NCBI GenBank assembly: GCA_965216875.1
Contig: OZ244207.1
Span: forward strand, 4,800,001 to 4,864,000
DNA length: 64,000 nucleotides
DNA from: Rubripirellula sp.
GTDB lineage: Bacteria > Planctomycetota > Planctomycetia > Pirellulales > Pirellulaceae
Reading direction: 5' to 3'
In this document: piece after piece, positions 31,101 to 42,238 of the stretch
Layout: each line of letters starts with the position of its first letter
Numbering within the stretch: position 1 is the first letter of the stretch
Notes under the pieces: generated by a model
Told to the model about the DNA's origin: nothing
Database searches by the model: none
The model's input: only the letters and a program-made list of their open reading frames with translations
Translations under genes and position numbers: made by a program

Positions 31101-31301
31101 GGTCAGCTTGTTGGTTTGAACCAACGCCGTCACCAGCTCATTGGACGACAGCTTCTCGTTTTCATCGAGAAACGCTCGAATCTCATTTTCCGACATCACG
31201 CCGCAGTGCGAGATATCGCGGATGAGCTGCTTGACCGTGAGCGACAATCGAGTCCTCGTTCTGTTTTGACATTCTGGGGCGGACGACGACGATCCGGACA
31301 A
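28194..31301 (-). CDS. Membrane Ser/Thr protein kinase with C-terminal leucine-rich repeats
   Basis: GAGGMG, HRDIKPAN, DLG, GTVEFMPPE; TM; repeated LxxLxxLxL units. Real start may be TTG 31247. Confidence 0.9.
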   Translation of the reverse strand: MSGSSSSAPECQNRTRTRLSLTVKQLIRDISHCGVMSENEIRAFLDENEKLSSNELVTALVQTNKLTEYQAQLISQGNSSELLICDYLILGAIGAGGMGQVYLAEHRHMGRRVALKTLPAAVAKDQPTVQRFRREVRAVAKLDHPNIVTAYDAGEEDGQFFFVMECIDGIDLSKLINHYGPLSVDQTLCIVWQVAHGLAYAHGEGVIHRDIKPANVLLDKKCIVKILDLGLARVGVGEEEASVEGLTRSGMLMGTVEFMPPEQANDSRAADARSDVYSLGCLFYFLLTGKPIYSATTLVQQILAHRDHPIPSLAASREDVSAQVDAVFQKMVAKDPNARQQTMTEVLTELEEIGVNAGSTSMTEPGTFPVDQDFETIIHSESPVTDVLAQQAAPTQASATPPLAETAAATINGGTPNQRTWFWRRATIVWLIALLAGGAAMFGLTDLMRIQTAAGTIVIVTDQPELKGAIVSVDGKHKVTIKDGVGEQTLEISPDAKRHELEVAIAGFKTFTKEFTFETGSKQTIKVTLEPLEAPVATVADDPHRYVSEIIVRNSGGVQLGTVEGFSGGLNVESGRRTAITQITIASATLSEKEWNALAEIPSLDRFVCRGTPIPFEVLSGMTTVRELQVSSGSLSGKNAAALAELKELRDATFYSNPGLYDQACIDIAKLKELRKLNLYNTGITGEGLDRLAELPHLRSLTIGGRGLIEASDLARLQEYPSLISLHLAWSKQIDDKLVAQLSKLTSLRMLQISCLTEHEGEVPALLQLQKALPNCVVIYDTLAPDAGEVRAVEWTLKYDGVVGSHSELANIVAKPDSAFAVKSISLDGGLAKIKGAEALEDVHALESLTWFKMADPKAELRVLRHLPTLRSLTLSYSMIRGQDEIAEIANANQLESLALKQCPGLNDAMLEFLSEMQSLWFLDLAQNAITDDAVEHLSKSRGLRTLVLSACDGVTNKCAAKLANLTQLRYLQLDGTSIDDGAVAELGNLKSLRTLHIGDTAITAAGAEKLQAMLPQCVVFHESLDGVPWSLASP

Positions 31302-31409
31302 CCAGAGACGATTGTAACCAGAAAGGACTGGCTCGTTATCCTTCTTGCCAGGGGTCGCAAGAAACGAAGCACAAATCGCTCGCCCCGGTATCGCTCAACT
31401 GCCCCCGCA

Positions 31410-32582
31410 CTATTTGTGCAGCTTGCGTTCTTGCTGAACGGTGCGGCGATACTCGCTCGGGGGAACACCGACGAGTTTGCGAAAGGCGACCGTCAAATAC
31501 TCGACGTGCTGATAGCCGGTGCGATCGGCGATCACTTGAAGTGACAAACCGGTTTCCGAAAGCAACTGTTTGACGCGATCGATCTTCAGCCGTGTGATCT
31601 CCTGGTGCGGAGTGCGTCCGAGGTACTTTTGAAATCGGCTCTCCAACACGCGGCGAGATAACGGAACATTTCGCAAGACATCGGCGACGTTGATCCCGCT
31701 ACATGCATGATGGCGAATGAACTGCACCGCCGACGCAACGTATTGGTCATCGATCGCAAGGATGTCAGTCGAACGCCTCGTTTCAACCCCGAGTGGCTCC
31801 ACCAAGAGTGCGTCGGGCTTGACGTCTTGCCCCGACATCATCTGATCGAGCAATTGTGCCGCTTCATAACCCGCCCGCTTGCTGTTGGGGATCACACTCG
31901 TCAACGGCGGCTCAGAGAGTTCACATAACAGTCGATCGTTGTCCGCCCCGATCACGGCAACCTGTTCCGGCACCGCCAGATTGACTTCGCGACAAACATC
32001 AAGCAACTGCTGAGCTTTGATGTCGTAACAAGCCATGATGCCGATTGGTGTGGGAAGTGACTTGAGCCACTTCATCAAGCCTCGCTTTTCCTTTTGCCAT
32101 GTGTAGGCCTGCGATAAACGCGACAGTGATTGGTGACAGGAGTACTCGCATCCCGCTTCGGTAACCGCTTCGCGAAAATACTGCTCCCGCCACTTGGACC
32201 AATTGAATCCTGGATCGCCACAATAGCCGATGTTCTTGAAGCCACGCTCGAGCAGATGTTCAGCCGCAAGTTTTGCGATCGCACGATCATCCGTCTCGAC
32301 CCACGGAATGTTCGGGACGAGGCGAGCGGCGCTCACGTCGACCACCGGCAACATCGTCCGACTGACCGCCTTGGCGACCTCATCCGTTTCGATCCGCGCG
32401 ATGATCCCGTCGCCTTTCCAACGGGCAAGCCAACTTGGTGGCGGCGCCGTCCGATCCTGTTCCGGCAAGACGATCGACCAACGATCGTGCTGGCGAACAT
32501 AGCTCGCAACGCCATCCAAAATGCCGCGGGCGTAGGCATTGGACGATTCGATCAACAGAGCGACGGAGCGCCGAGACTTCAT
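31410..32582 (-). CDS. xylR: XylR-type regulator (periplasmic-binding-protein fold plus AraC HTH)
   Basis: VALLIESSNAYARGIL, VPEQVAVIGADN, C-terminal AraC HTH. Family call only; effector unknown. Confidence 0.85.
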   Translation of the reverse strand: MKSRRSVALLIESSNAYARGILDGVASYVRQHDRWSIVLPEQDRTAPPPSWLARWKGDGIIARIETDEVAKAVSRTMLPVVDVSAARLVPNIPWVETDDRAIAKLAAEHLLERGFKNIGYCGDPGFNWSKWREQYFREAVTEAGCEYSCHQSLSRLSQAYTWQKEKRGLMKWLKSLPTPIGIMACYDIKAQQLLDVCREVNLAVPEQVAVIGADNDRLLCELSEPPLTSVIPNSKRAGYEAAQLLDQMMSGQDVKPDALLVEPLGVETRRSTDILAIDDQYVASAVQFIRHHACSGINVADVLRNVPLSRRVLESRFQKYLGRTPHQEITRLKIDRVKQLLSETGLSLQVIADRTGYQHVEYLTVAFRKLVGVPPSEYRRTVQQERKLHK

Positions 32583-32673
32583 GACCGGGGAAATTATTCA
32601 AGCGCGAAATGGAAACTCACCGATCGCAACAGCGTAACGCAAAGGCTGAGCAAAAACCAACACATTCCACACC

Positions 32674-32709
32674 GTGAAATATCTCATCCCAAAGAGCGCA
32701 CAATCTCAT
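32674..32709 (+). promoter_or_regulatory. Candidate AraC/XylR-type operator (direct repeat)
   Basis: GTGAAATATCTCAT and GCGCACAATCTCAT, 22 bp apart, in the divergent intergenic region. Confidence 0.45.
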
Positions 32710-32814
32710 GGACGCGGCCTTGCGAAGACTCCACAATGTTTCGACAACCTCTAAAGTGACCTCCCTCACCCAAAAACCTGCTGCCCACAGACGAGTGCCC
32801 GAAGCGAGCGGACG

Positions 32815-33933
<1,119 letters not shown>

Positions 33934-33958
33934 CCTGAACACCGCGAACGTTAGCGTC

Positions 33959-34072
33959 GCCGCCTTTCGCTCCGCCGAAAGGTGAGCTCGAGGCTAACCG
34001 TTACGCCGATCACGCTGAACAAACAGTAAACAACCTTCGTTTTCCGTAACTTTCGACGGGGCGAAAGGCGAC
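33959..34072. repeat. REP-like inverted doublet
   Basis: GCCGCCTTTCGCTCCGCCGAAAGG versus the reverse complement of ACTTTCGACGGGGCGAAAGGCGAC; each arm is itself a hairpin. Confidence 0.7.
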
Positions 34073-34148
34073 TCGGTCCGCCCGTGCGCTGACGTCGGGG
34101 CAAACACCTTCCTTCCTCAATCTTGCCACCACCCACCAGGACAAAACC

Positions 34149-37100
34149 ATGTCCAACTTGCTTCGAGCTGCGATCGTTTCCAGTGCAGTCGTCTTGCTGA
34201 CAAGCCATCTCTCCTATGCCGCCCAGCGAGACAAATTGAATGTCTTGTTCCTTGGTGATTCGGGGCACCACCAGCCGCGCGCTCGATTCGAACAATTCGC
34301 GCCGGTCATGGCGCGACGCGGTATCGACGTCCAATACACCGATCGCATGTCCGATCTGAACGCCAACCGCCTTGCGGCCTTCGACGCCCTCATCGTGTTT
34401 GCCAACATCGATCGAATCGAACCGGACCAAGAGAAGGCGTTGCTCGAATACGTTGCCGGCGGAGGCGGTTTCGTACCCTTGCACTGCGCTTCGTATTGCT
34501 TCCGCAATTCCGATGCAGTCGTCGCGCTGATGGGCGCTCAGTTCCAGCGTCATGGCACGGGAACGTTTCGAACCTCTATCGCTTCCGAACAATCCGACCA
34601 CCCCATCATGCGCGGGTTCGGAGGTTTCGAGAGCTGGGATGAAACCTACGTCCATCACCTACACAACGAAGAAAACCGCACCGTCCTTTCTTACCGTGTC
34701 GACCAAAACGGACGCGAACCATGGACGTGGATCCGAACGCATGGCGATGGCCGAGTCTTTTACACCGCCTGGGGTCACGACCAACGAACTTGGGGGAACG
34801 CAGGATTTCAAAACCTTGTCGAACGCGGCATCCGCTGGGCCGCGGGCGATGATGTTTCACAAGTACCCGACTATTTATCCGACCAGCCCTTTCCGACGCC
34901 GAAGATGACCGAACTTCGGAAGGATGTCGCTCCTTTCGAATTTGCGGATGTCGGAAACAAGATCCCGAATTACACGCCTGGCGAAAACTGGGGCACTCAG
35001 GGCGATGCACGCTCGCTCATGCAAAAACCGCTTGCGGCCAACGAATCGATCAAACACTTTGTTGTGCCTGAAGGTTTTCGCGTCGAACTCTTTGCCAGCG
35101 AACCTGACATCGGCGGCAAACCCATCGCGATGGCATGGGACGAACGTGGACGTCTGTGGGTCGCCGAAACGTATGACTATCCCAACGAACTTCAGCCCGA
35201 AGGCAAAGGACGCGACCGCATTCGAATCCTCGAAGACACCGACGGCGATTGGAAAGCGGATAAGTTCACGGTCTTTGCCGACAAGCTAAGCATCCCAACA
35301 AGCATTGCATTCTACCGTGGGGGCGCGATCGTCCACGACGGTAAACGGACGCTCTACTTGAAAGACACAAACGGCGATGACGTTGCCGACGAGCGGAGCG
35401 TTTTGATCTCGGGTTGGAACCAAGGCGACACGCACGGTGGTGTGAGCAACTTCCAATACGGCTTAGACAACTGGATTTGGGCGATGCAGGGTTACAACAA
35501 CTCGGCCCCCGAAACGGATGGAACCAAACAACAATCGTTCCGGCAAGGTTTCTTTCGATTCCGCCCCGACGGCAGCGAAGTTGAGTTTCTTCGTTCGACC
35601 AATAACAACACATGGGGGCTGGGACTTAGCGAAGAAGGCCTGGTTTTTGGATCGACGGCCAACCGCAATCCAAGTGTCTTTATGCCGATTCCCAATCGGT
35701 ACTACGAACGCGTGCGTGGCTGGGCACCTTCGTTGCGTCTGGGGACCATCGCCGACACTCATTTGTTTGACCCCATCACCGAAAACATTCGCCAAGTCGA
35801 TCAACATGGCGGCTACACCGCGGCGGCAGGTCACGCGTTGTACACCGCACGCCAATATCCTCGTGAGTATTGGAACCGCACTTCGTTTGTTGCCGGACCA
35901 ACAGGCCACTTGGTGGGGACGTTCGTCCTGAGCGCAACCGGTGATGACTTCAAGTCGACCAGCCCATTCAACTTGATCGCGAGCGACGACGAATGGTCCG
36001 CGCCGATCATGGCCGAAGTCGGTCCTGACGGCAACGTTTGGGTCATCGACTGGTACAACTACATCGTCCAGCACAACCCAACACCACGCGGTTTCGAAAC
36101 GGGCAAGGGCAATGCTTACGAAACCGACCTGCGAGACAAAAAGCACGGTCGAATCTACCGTGTCGTCTACGAAGGCAAGGCTCAATCCAAACCCTTCACG
36201 CTCAAGGACGCTTCGGGCGACCAGTTGATCCAAACGCTCTCGCACCCCACGATGCTGTGGCGAAAACATGCCCAACGACTGCTCGTCGAACGTGGTGACA
36301 CAAGTGTTGTCGATGCATTGATTGCGCTCGTTGAAGATGATTCGGCCGATGCAATCGGACTTAACGTCGGTGCCATCCACGCCCTCTGGACGCTTCACGG
36401 TCTCGGGCAACTCGATGGTTCCAACGAGAAAGCGTTTGCCGCAAACGTGTCGGCCCTTGGCCATCGATCGGCCGGCGTCCGGCGCAACGCTTTGCAAGTC
36501 CTACCGCCAGTGAGTCGTTCGACCGAAGCCGTGCTCGCGACCGAATCGCTCTTTGACGACCATCCGCAAGTCCGGCTCGCCGCGATGTTAGCGTTGTCGG
36601 ACCTACCGCCATCGACCGAAGCTGGCGCGGCGATCGCTCGTTTTGTCACCTCGGGCATCAGCGATGGTGATCGTTGGATCCACGACGCCGCTGTCAGTGC
36701 CGCCGCAAACAACGCGGCCGGATTCCTGCCGGCACTGGCCACGTCGCAACAAGCTCCTCAAGGTCGAGCACTCGAAACACTCAAACTCGTCGCTGGCCAC
36801 TACGGACGCACCGGACCAACCGAATCGATTGCCACCGTGCTTTCGTATTTGTCAGACGCCGACCCAACCGTTGCCGATGCAGTGCTTGCCGGCATCGCCT
36901 CAGGCTGGCCCGCTGACAAATCGCCAAAATTGACAAATCAACTCGAAGAAAACCTGATCGGGTTGATGAATCGTTTGCCCAAGGCAAGTGGCGGTCGACT
37001 GGTCAAACTTGCCCGTCGCTGGGGCAGCGAATCCTTCGAAGCTTACGCAAAAGAAGTCTCTGATTCGTTGCTGGATCAGATTGACGATGAAGACAACTCA

Positions 37101-38534
37101 AACGCAGTGCGACAAGCGGCGGCGCGAGAGCTTGTCGCATTCCGCTCGCTCGAAGCATCGGTTGTCGATGACCTACTCGACCGAGTCACCCCGCAGACCT
37201 CACCCGAGCTTGCCGTCGCGATCGTGAAGGCGATCGCGGCGAGCGAAGCTCCCAAGGCTGGCGCTGCCATTGCCGAGCGACTTGATGATTTGACTCCGGC
37301 ACCTCGAACCGCCGCGATCGGCGTGTTGCTTGCGCGTCCCGAATCGACGTCCGTCCTGCTGTCAACGATTGACAAGGGTGACGTGCTGCTGGCGGAACTA
37401 AGCCTTGACCAGAAACAGGCACTCATGGATCACCCCGATCAAGCGTTGCGAAAACGGGCAAGAGAAATCCTTAACCGCGGCGGCGCGATTCCCAACGCCG
37501 ATCGTCAAGCAGTGCTCAATAGCATGATCGCGGCCACCAAACGCAGTGGCAATGTCACGGCGGGCAAAGCGGTCTTCAAAAAGAACTGTGCCAACTGCCA
37601 TGTGCTCAGCGGCGAAGGCAAACGCGTCGGTCCTGACCTGACCGGCATGGCGGTGCACCCCAAACAAGAACTACTCACCCATATCCTCGATCCCAATCGT
37701 GATGTCGAAGGGAACTATCGGGTCTATTCCGTGCTGACCGTCGATGGCTTGGCAGTCAACGGCTTGCTCGCTTCCGAGTCCAAGACCGCGATCGAGATGA
37801 TTGACGCCGAGGGCAAGAAACAAACGATTCTTCGTGAGGATGTGGAACGTTTGCGAGCTTCGAACAAATCGCTTATGCCCGAAGGATTCGAAAAACAGAT
37901 CCCCGAATCAGACATGACCGACTTGCTGGAATTCCTGACTGCACGTGGTCAATACACGCCGATCGACATGGCTCGTGTCGGGACGATCGCAAGCGACCGC
38001 GGCATGTTTCTCAGCAAAGAAGCTGATGTCGAACGTTTGATCTTCGCCGACTGGTCACCCAAAAAGTTCAACAAGGTCGACTTCCATCTCACCGACCCAC
38101 AAGACGGCAGCGTTGCCAACGCCATCCTTCTCAACGGACCGCTCGGGGACATCACGCGGCAAATGCCTCAGTCCGTCACCGTGCCGTGCAATGGATCGGC
38201 GCGTGCCATCCACCTACTCAGTGGTGTGAGCGGCTGGGGCTTCCCCTACAGCCGCGAGAAAACGGTTTCGATGATCGTTCGACTTCGCTACGCTGATGGT
38301 CAAGTCGAAGACCACCCGCTAATCAACGGCGAACACTTTGCCGACTACATCCGGCGAGTCGACGTACCCGGTTCCGAGTTTGCGTTCGCATTGCGTGGAC
38401 AACAAATTCGCTATTTGGCGGTTTACCCCAAGCGTTCCGAATCGATCGCGAACATCGAATTGGTCAAGGGACCAGACAAGTCGGCTCCCGTCGTGATGGC
38501 CATCACAATCGAGTCGGCAGGCACCAGCCACTAG
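34149..38534 (+). CDS. Large PVC-type heme-binding protein (ThuA-like domain, dehydrogenase-like beta-propeller, HEAT repeats, cytochrome c)
   Basis: Signal peptide; GRVFYTAWGH; FRVELFASEP..PIAMAWDERGRLWV; HEAT-like helices; CANCH...GPDLT...SLMPEG. Confidence 0.88.
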   Translation: MSNLLRAAIVSSAVVLLTSHLSYAAQRDKLNVLFLGDSGHHQPRARFEQFAPVMARRGIDVQYTDRMSDLNANRLAAFDALIVFANIDRIEPDQEKALLEYVAGGGGFVPLHCASYCFRNSDAVVALMGAQFQRHGTGTFRTSIASEQSDHPIMRGFGGFESWDETYVHHLHNEENRTVLSYRVDQNGREPWTWIRTHGDGRVFYTAWGHDQRTWGNAGFQNLVERGIRWAAGDDVSQVPDYLSDQPFPTPKMTELRKDVAPFEFADVGNKIPNYTPGENWGTQGDARSLMQKPLAANESIKHFVVPEGFRVELFASEPDIGGKPIAMAWDERGRLWVAETYDYPNELQPEGKGRDRIRILEDTDGDWKADKFTVFADKLSIPTSIAFYRGGAIVHDGKRTLYLKDTNGDDVADERSVLISGWNQGDTHGGVSNFQYGLDNWIWAMQGYNNSAPETDGTKQQSFRQGFFRFRPDGSEVEFLRSTNNNTWGLGLSEEGLVFGSTANRNPSVFMPIPNRYYERVRGWAPSLRLGTIADTHLFDPITENIRQVDQHGGYTAAAGHALYTARQYPREYWNRTSFVAGPTGHLVGTFVLSATGDDFKSTSPFNLIASDDEWSAPIMAEVGPDGNVWVIDWYNYIVQHNPTPRGFETGKGNAYETDLRDKKHGRIYRVVYEGKAQSKPFTLKDASGDQLIQTLSHPTMLWRKHAQRLLVERGDTSVVDALIALVEDDSADAIGLNVGAIHALWTLHGLGQLDGSNEKAFAANVSALGHRSAGVRRNALQVLPPVSRSTEAVLATESLFDDHPQVRLAAMLALSDLPPSTEAGAAIARFVTSGISDGDRWIHDAAVSAAANNAAGFLPALATSQQAPQGRALETLKLVAGHYGRTGPTESIATVLSYLSDADPTVADAVLAGIASGWPADKSPKLTNQLEENLIGLMNRLPKASGGRLVKLARRWGSESFEAYAKEVSDSLLDQIDDEDNSNAVRQAAARELVAFRSLEASVVDDLLDRVTPQTSPELAVAIVKAIAASEAPKAGAAIAERLDDLTPAPRTAAIGVLLARPESTSVLLSTIDKGDVLLAELSLDQKQALMDHPDQALRKRAREILNRGGAIPNADRQAVLNSMIAATKRSGNVTAGKAVFKKNCANCHVLSGEGKRVGPDLTGMAVHPKQELLTHILDPNRDVEGNYRVYSVLTVDGLAVNGLLASESKTAIEMIDAEGKKQTILREDVERLRASNKSLMPEGFEKQIPESDMTDLLEFLTARGQYTPIDMARVGTIASDRGMFLSKEADVERLIFADWSPKKFNKVDFHLTDPQDGSVANAILLNGPLGDITRQMPQSVTVPCNGSARAIHLLSGVSGWGFPYSREKTVSMIVRLRYADGQVEDHPLINGEHFADYIRRVDVPGSEFAFALRGQQIRYLAVYPKRSESIANIELVKGPDKSAPVVMAITIESAGTSH

Positions 38535-38540
38535 GGCAGC

Positions 38541-39026
38541 ATGCGATACCAAATCAAGCAAAAGGCTTTCTCGCTGGGCGATCAATACATGATCCGCGAC
38601 GCTCAGGGCGAACCGGCGTTCAAGGTCGAAGGGAAAGTCTTTAGCTGGGGCGACTCACTTAGTTTCCGCACCGCGGCGGGAGCGGAACTCGCACGCATCG
38701 AACAAAAGCTGTTCAGCTGGAAACCGACCTACCGCATTCATCGTGACGGCGAGCTCTTTGCCGAAGTGATCAAAGAATGGACTTGGCTGTATAAACAGTT
38801 CACACTCGATGTCCCCGGGCCAAATGATTACACCATCGATGGCAGTTTCTGGGAACACGAATATGCGTTCACGCGCGGTGGTCGGCAAGTCGCAGCGGTC
38901 TCGAAAAAGTTTTGGTCTTGGGCTGATACCTACGGCGTCGACATTATCGACGGCGAAGATGATCAAGCGATCCTAGCGACATGCATTGTGATCGACCTCG
39001 TGCTTCACGACCCAGACAACGACTGA
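38541..39026 (+). CDS. LURP-one-related / Tubby-C-like protein
   Basis: YQIKQKAFSLGDQY, VEGKVFSWG, VSKKFWSWADTYGVDI. Confidence 0.8.
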   Translation: MRYQIKQKAFSLGDQYMIRDAQGEPAFKVEGKVFSWGDSLSFRTAAGAELARIEQKLFSWKPTYRIHRDGELFAEVIKEWTWLYKQFTLDVPGPNDYTIDGSFWEHEYAFTRGGRQVAAVSKKFWSWADTYGVDIIDGEDDQAILATCIVIDLVLHDPDND

Positions 39027-39037
39027 TGCCGATCCAC

Positions 39038-39082
39038 GTAGGGTGTGTGCTTGCACGTACCCAAACGCGCACAAGCACACCC
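39038..39082 (+). repeat. GTAG-led REP-like hairpin between convergent genes
   Basis: GTAGGGTGTGTGCTTGCAC ... GCACAAGCACACCC. Confidence 0.5.
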
Positions 39083-39096
39083 GATGCGTTTCACAA

Positions 39097-40023
39097 TCAC
39101 TCTCCGGCCGCCCGTTTGCGGGCGGCCGCTTGCACCTTCGCTTTCTCTTTCAGCAACCGCTCCGGCCATACGAAGGTGGGCGAGTCTTTCGGTTTGTAGC
39201 CTTCCATATGTCCCGACAAACGTGTGACCGGCTTTGTGTACACAAGCTTGGTGTCGCCAAACACCTCTTCACAGAGCGCCGCCAAACCTGGGTCGTATTC
39301 TTTCAGCTCTTCGCGTGTGTCAACGTGATTGTGATCGTGATCCGGCTTTCGATTGTTGTCGAACCATGACTGCACGCCTTCGGCAAAGTACTCGGCGTGA
39401 TTGGTCGCCGCATACTTCGTCTTCCACAACCCAGCATTCATCGCACGTTCGTACGTTGCCTTGAGCCGATCGTCAAAGGTCGAATCGACGCGTGCAAGTC
39501 CGACGAGATGGATGTTGTGGGCGAATTCATGAATCAAAATATTCTCGGTCGAATAGGGATCGCCGTCGTATCCGAGCAGGTTTTCCTCGCCACAAGAACA
39601 GACCGGGCTATGCTTGCTGCCACCAAGACCTCGCGCACGCACATCCCAAAAGTCCTTTGGGGTCATCTCAGAATGCTCGGGGACATCCGTCGTGTATTCA
39701 TCGTGCGCCATCACGATCAATCGCGAACCACCGGCAATCATCGCTTGCCTCAAATCCGGTCGATGGGCAAGCAACATGTCGATCAGGTGCGCCGCTTCTT
39801 TGAGCGCGTAGTCGTTGACCTTTGGCGAACTGACGACCGGATAGCCGCTGGCGCTGACGTACTTCGCATAGAACTCTGGCAAGCCGAGCGTCTCTGGTGG
39901 TGCGAGGACCTCGTAATCCTGAATGGGCTGGTCGGGCGTAGCGTCTTCAGCCACGACGAGGTTGAAACTGAAGATCAAGCAACTGATCAGCGGAATGAGT
40001 TTCGCGTGAATCGAGGATTTCAT
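39097..40023 (-). CDS. Secreted HExxH zinc metallopeptidase-like protein
   Basis: Signal peptide; ILIHEFAH followed by EYFAEG. Confidence 0.7.
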   Translation of the reverse strand: MKSSIHAKLIPLISCLIFSFNLVVAEDATPDQPIQDYEVLAPPETLGLPEFYAKYVSASGYPVVSSPKVNDYALKEAAHLIDMLLAHRPDLRQAMIAGGSRLIVMAHDEYTTDVPEHSEMTPKDFWDVRARGLGGSKHSPVCSCGEENLLGYDGDPYSTENILIHEFAHNIHLVGLARVDSTFDDRLKATYERAMNAGLWKTKYAATNHAEYFAEGVQSWFDNNRKPDHDHNHVDTREELKEYDPGLAALCEEVFGDTKLVYTKPVTRLSGHMEGYKPKDSPTFVWPERLLKEKAKVQAAARKRAAGE

Positions 40024-40200
40024 GGCAGGCGTGTGGTGGAAGGGGCTGAATCGCGGGCAGTTCACTCTTGCATGAAAACGTCCGTCTCAGCGGGCAAGGA
40101 TGGAACCGCCCCAAGACATTGGCGCGGTGTATGATGTGCACCGCGATCTTCGTGCCTTCCCAACCTCGAGTCAACTCTTTCCACCACAGCCATCCTCATC

Positions 40201-42075
40201 ATGACTAGCAAGCCAATCGTCCGAACCCTACCTCGGTGGGACTCCCTCGTGCTGGCCATCCTTGTTTCTTCAACCAGCCTATTCTCGACCAACGCGTTGG
40301 CAGAACGTGACCCGATCCGCCTCACGCACGGCCCAATGCTCGGTCACGTCACCGACAATTCCGTCGTTGTTTGGGGACGCACCTCCGACGCGGGCACTTT
40401 TTCAGTGCGTTACGGCAAGGACTCTCGGAAGCTGGACGAACAGAGTAAAGTCGCAGCCACTGCCCTTGACCGCGACAACACCGGCACGGTGACCTTGAAA
40501 AACCTCGATGCCGACACCGTTTATCACTATCAGCTTTGGGTCAATGAGCGACCGCACGGGCTTCCGGGAACCTTTCGTACGTTGCCGAGCGTCGAAGGCT
40601 CAAGAAATGCCGAGCACAATCCCGACGGACTCTTCAACTTTCGATTTCAGATCGGATCGTGCGCAAACCAAAACCCGTTGCATGGAAACGGTCATCGCGC
40701 GACCACCTACGAACATCTCAACGAAGATTGGTCCGATCGCGTTCACTTTCACATCATGAACGGCGACTGGCTGTACGAAGAGTTACGCATGTTCTCGCCC
40801 GAAGCTTGGCGACTCACGCAGGGTCTCAAGGAATACCCGCTGACCGTTCAAGTGATGCCAACGATCGTTGGTGTTTGGGAAAACTACAAGCTGTACCTCA
40901 GTCGCGGTGTTGATCTTGCGAAATGGCATCGCAATGTCCCCAGCTATTTCACCTTTGATGATCACGAACTGGTCAACGACATTTGGGGATCGGCCGAAAC
41001 GGGCAAACGTCATCGTCGCACCGTGTTTCGTGACATTGGGACCCAAGCTTGGCATGACTATCTGGGTTGGGCCAACCCGATGGAGCACAAGCATCCGATT
41101 CACTTTGGCAAAGCATCGATGCAGGCGGGAAGTGACCTGCTGGTCGACACCCAAGCCGATTTCACGAAGCTGCCTCTCGACGAAATGTTAAACCTGCACG
41201 TGCACTGGGGAACGCCCGAAGCCGGTGTCAACGACATGCGTTACGACAACGACGCGGGGAACAAGAACTCGTACGTCTATGACATCGTCGAAGTTGTCGA
41301 CCGCCACACGTTGCGTCTACACATGCCCGCCAAGGTGGACGACCCAAGTTTGAGCTACTCGATTGGCCGTCGAAGCTACGGAAAGTTCCGCGTTTCCAAT
41401 TGCGAGTTCTACCTGATCGACACGCGTGGTGATCGCGACATGCATGATGTCCAACAACGGGACAAACCAGGTGTTTCCATGCTCGGCAAACCACAGCGAG
41501 ATTGGTTGCTGAAATCCATGCGGGAAAGTGATGCCGATTTCTTTTTCGTCATTTCGACGGTGCCCTTCATGATTCCCCATTCGGGTGCAGGTGGCTTTGA
41601 AGCGGACGCAGCAAATAAGGAGGAAGCTTGGACCGGTTTCTTTGACGAACGCGAGATGCTGATCAATGCCTGGGAAGAGCTGGGCAAGAAAGTTTTTGTG
41701 ATGACAGGTGACTTGCACAACAGTTTCGCGATCAAGGTAACCGACAACGTTTGGGAGTTCTGCTGTGGACCTCACAACAGCGTCAATCACGTTCCCAAGA
41801 ATGACGAATCGGACCGCCCCGCGACCGGCAAGTTCAAGTTTGGGCCTCGCGAGTGCGATATCCGCTGGAGCAGCTATATCTTGCCCGACCTACCTCGTCT
41901 GGAGCGTCTCTACCCGCACTATTGCGTTGTGCAGGTCAACAACGTCTTCAACATGCCCAAGCAACTCGGCGGCAAGCGGTTGGTGGCCTACCCGCACCCG
42001 CAGGTCATTTTCCAGTACTACGACGGCCGCACAGGCGAACTGGCTTACGCCGAATCCGTCTCGGTCGACCGATGA
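40201..42075 (+). CDS. Alkaline phosphatase D family metallophosphoesterase
   Basis: HGPMLG, NGDWLY, FDDHE, IDTRG, MLGKPQRDWL, TGDLH. Confidence 0.85.
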   Translation: MTSKPIVRTLPRWDSLVLAILVSSTSLFSTNALAERDPIRLTHGPMLGHVTDNSVVVWGRTSDAGTFSVRYGKDSRKLDEQSKVAATALDRDNTGTVTLKNLDADTVYHYQLWVNERPHGLPGTFRTLPSVEGSRNAEHNPDGLFNFRFQIGSCANQNPLHGNGHRATTYEHLNEDWSDRVHFHIMNGDWLYEELRMFSPEAWRLTQGLKEYPLTVQVMPTIVGVWENYKLYLSRGVDLAKWHRNVPSYFTFDDHELVNDIWGSAETGKRHRRTVFRDIGTQAWHDYLGWANPMEHKHPIHFGKASMQAGSDLLVDTQADFTKLPLDEMLNLHVHWGTPEAGVNDMRYDNDAGNKNSYVYDIVEVVDRHTLRLHMPAKVDDPSLSYSIGRRSYGKFRVSNCEFYLIDTRGDRDMHDVQQRDKPGVSMLGKPQRDWLLKSMRESDADFFFVISTVPFMIPHSGAGGFEADAANKEEAWTGFFDEREMLINAWEELGKKVFVMTGDLHNSFAIKVTDNVWEFCCGPHNSVNHVPKNDESDRPATGKFKFGPRECDIRWSSYILPDLPRLERLYPHYCVVQVNNVFNMPKQLGGKRLVAYPHPQVIFQYYDGRTGELAYAESVSVDR

Positions 42076-42238
42076 AGCTGCACGAATGAGGCGTGTTCTT
42101 CTACCACGACCGTGTCTCTGGCCTGTAACATAGTACCTCTACGGTAGTCCTGTTCTATCGGAGCGTTTGGCGGTACGACCGTATCGCCTCACACCCCAGT
42201 AGTCATCTCCACCGTCGCATGCTACTCGGAGACTCATC

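Noticed and set aside
35463..36497. 344-aa minus-strand ORF
   Set aside because: Antisense shadow of the large CxxCH protein, as expected from codon bias in GC-rich DNA.
39097..40023. Toxin-like metalloprotease (lethal-factor-like HExxH...E)
   Set aside because: Only the generic zinc motif is visible; no secretion-system or immunity context.
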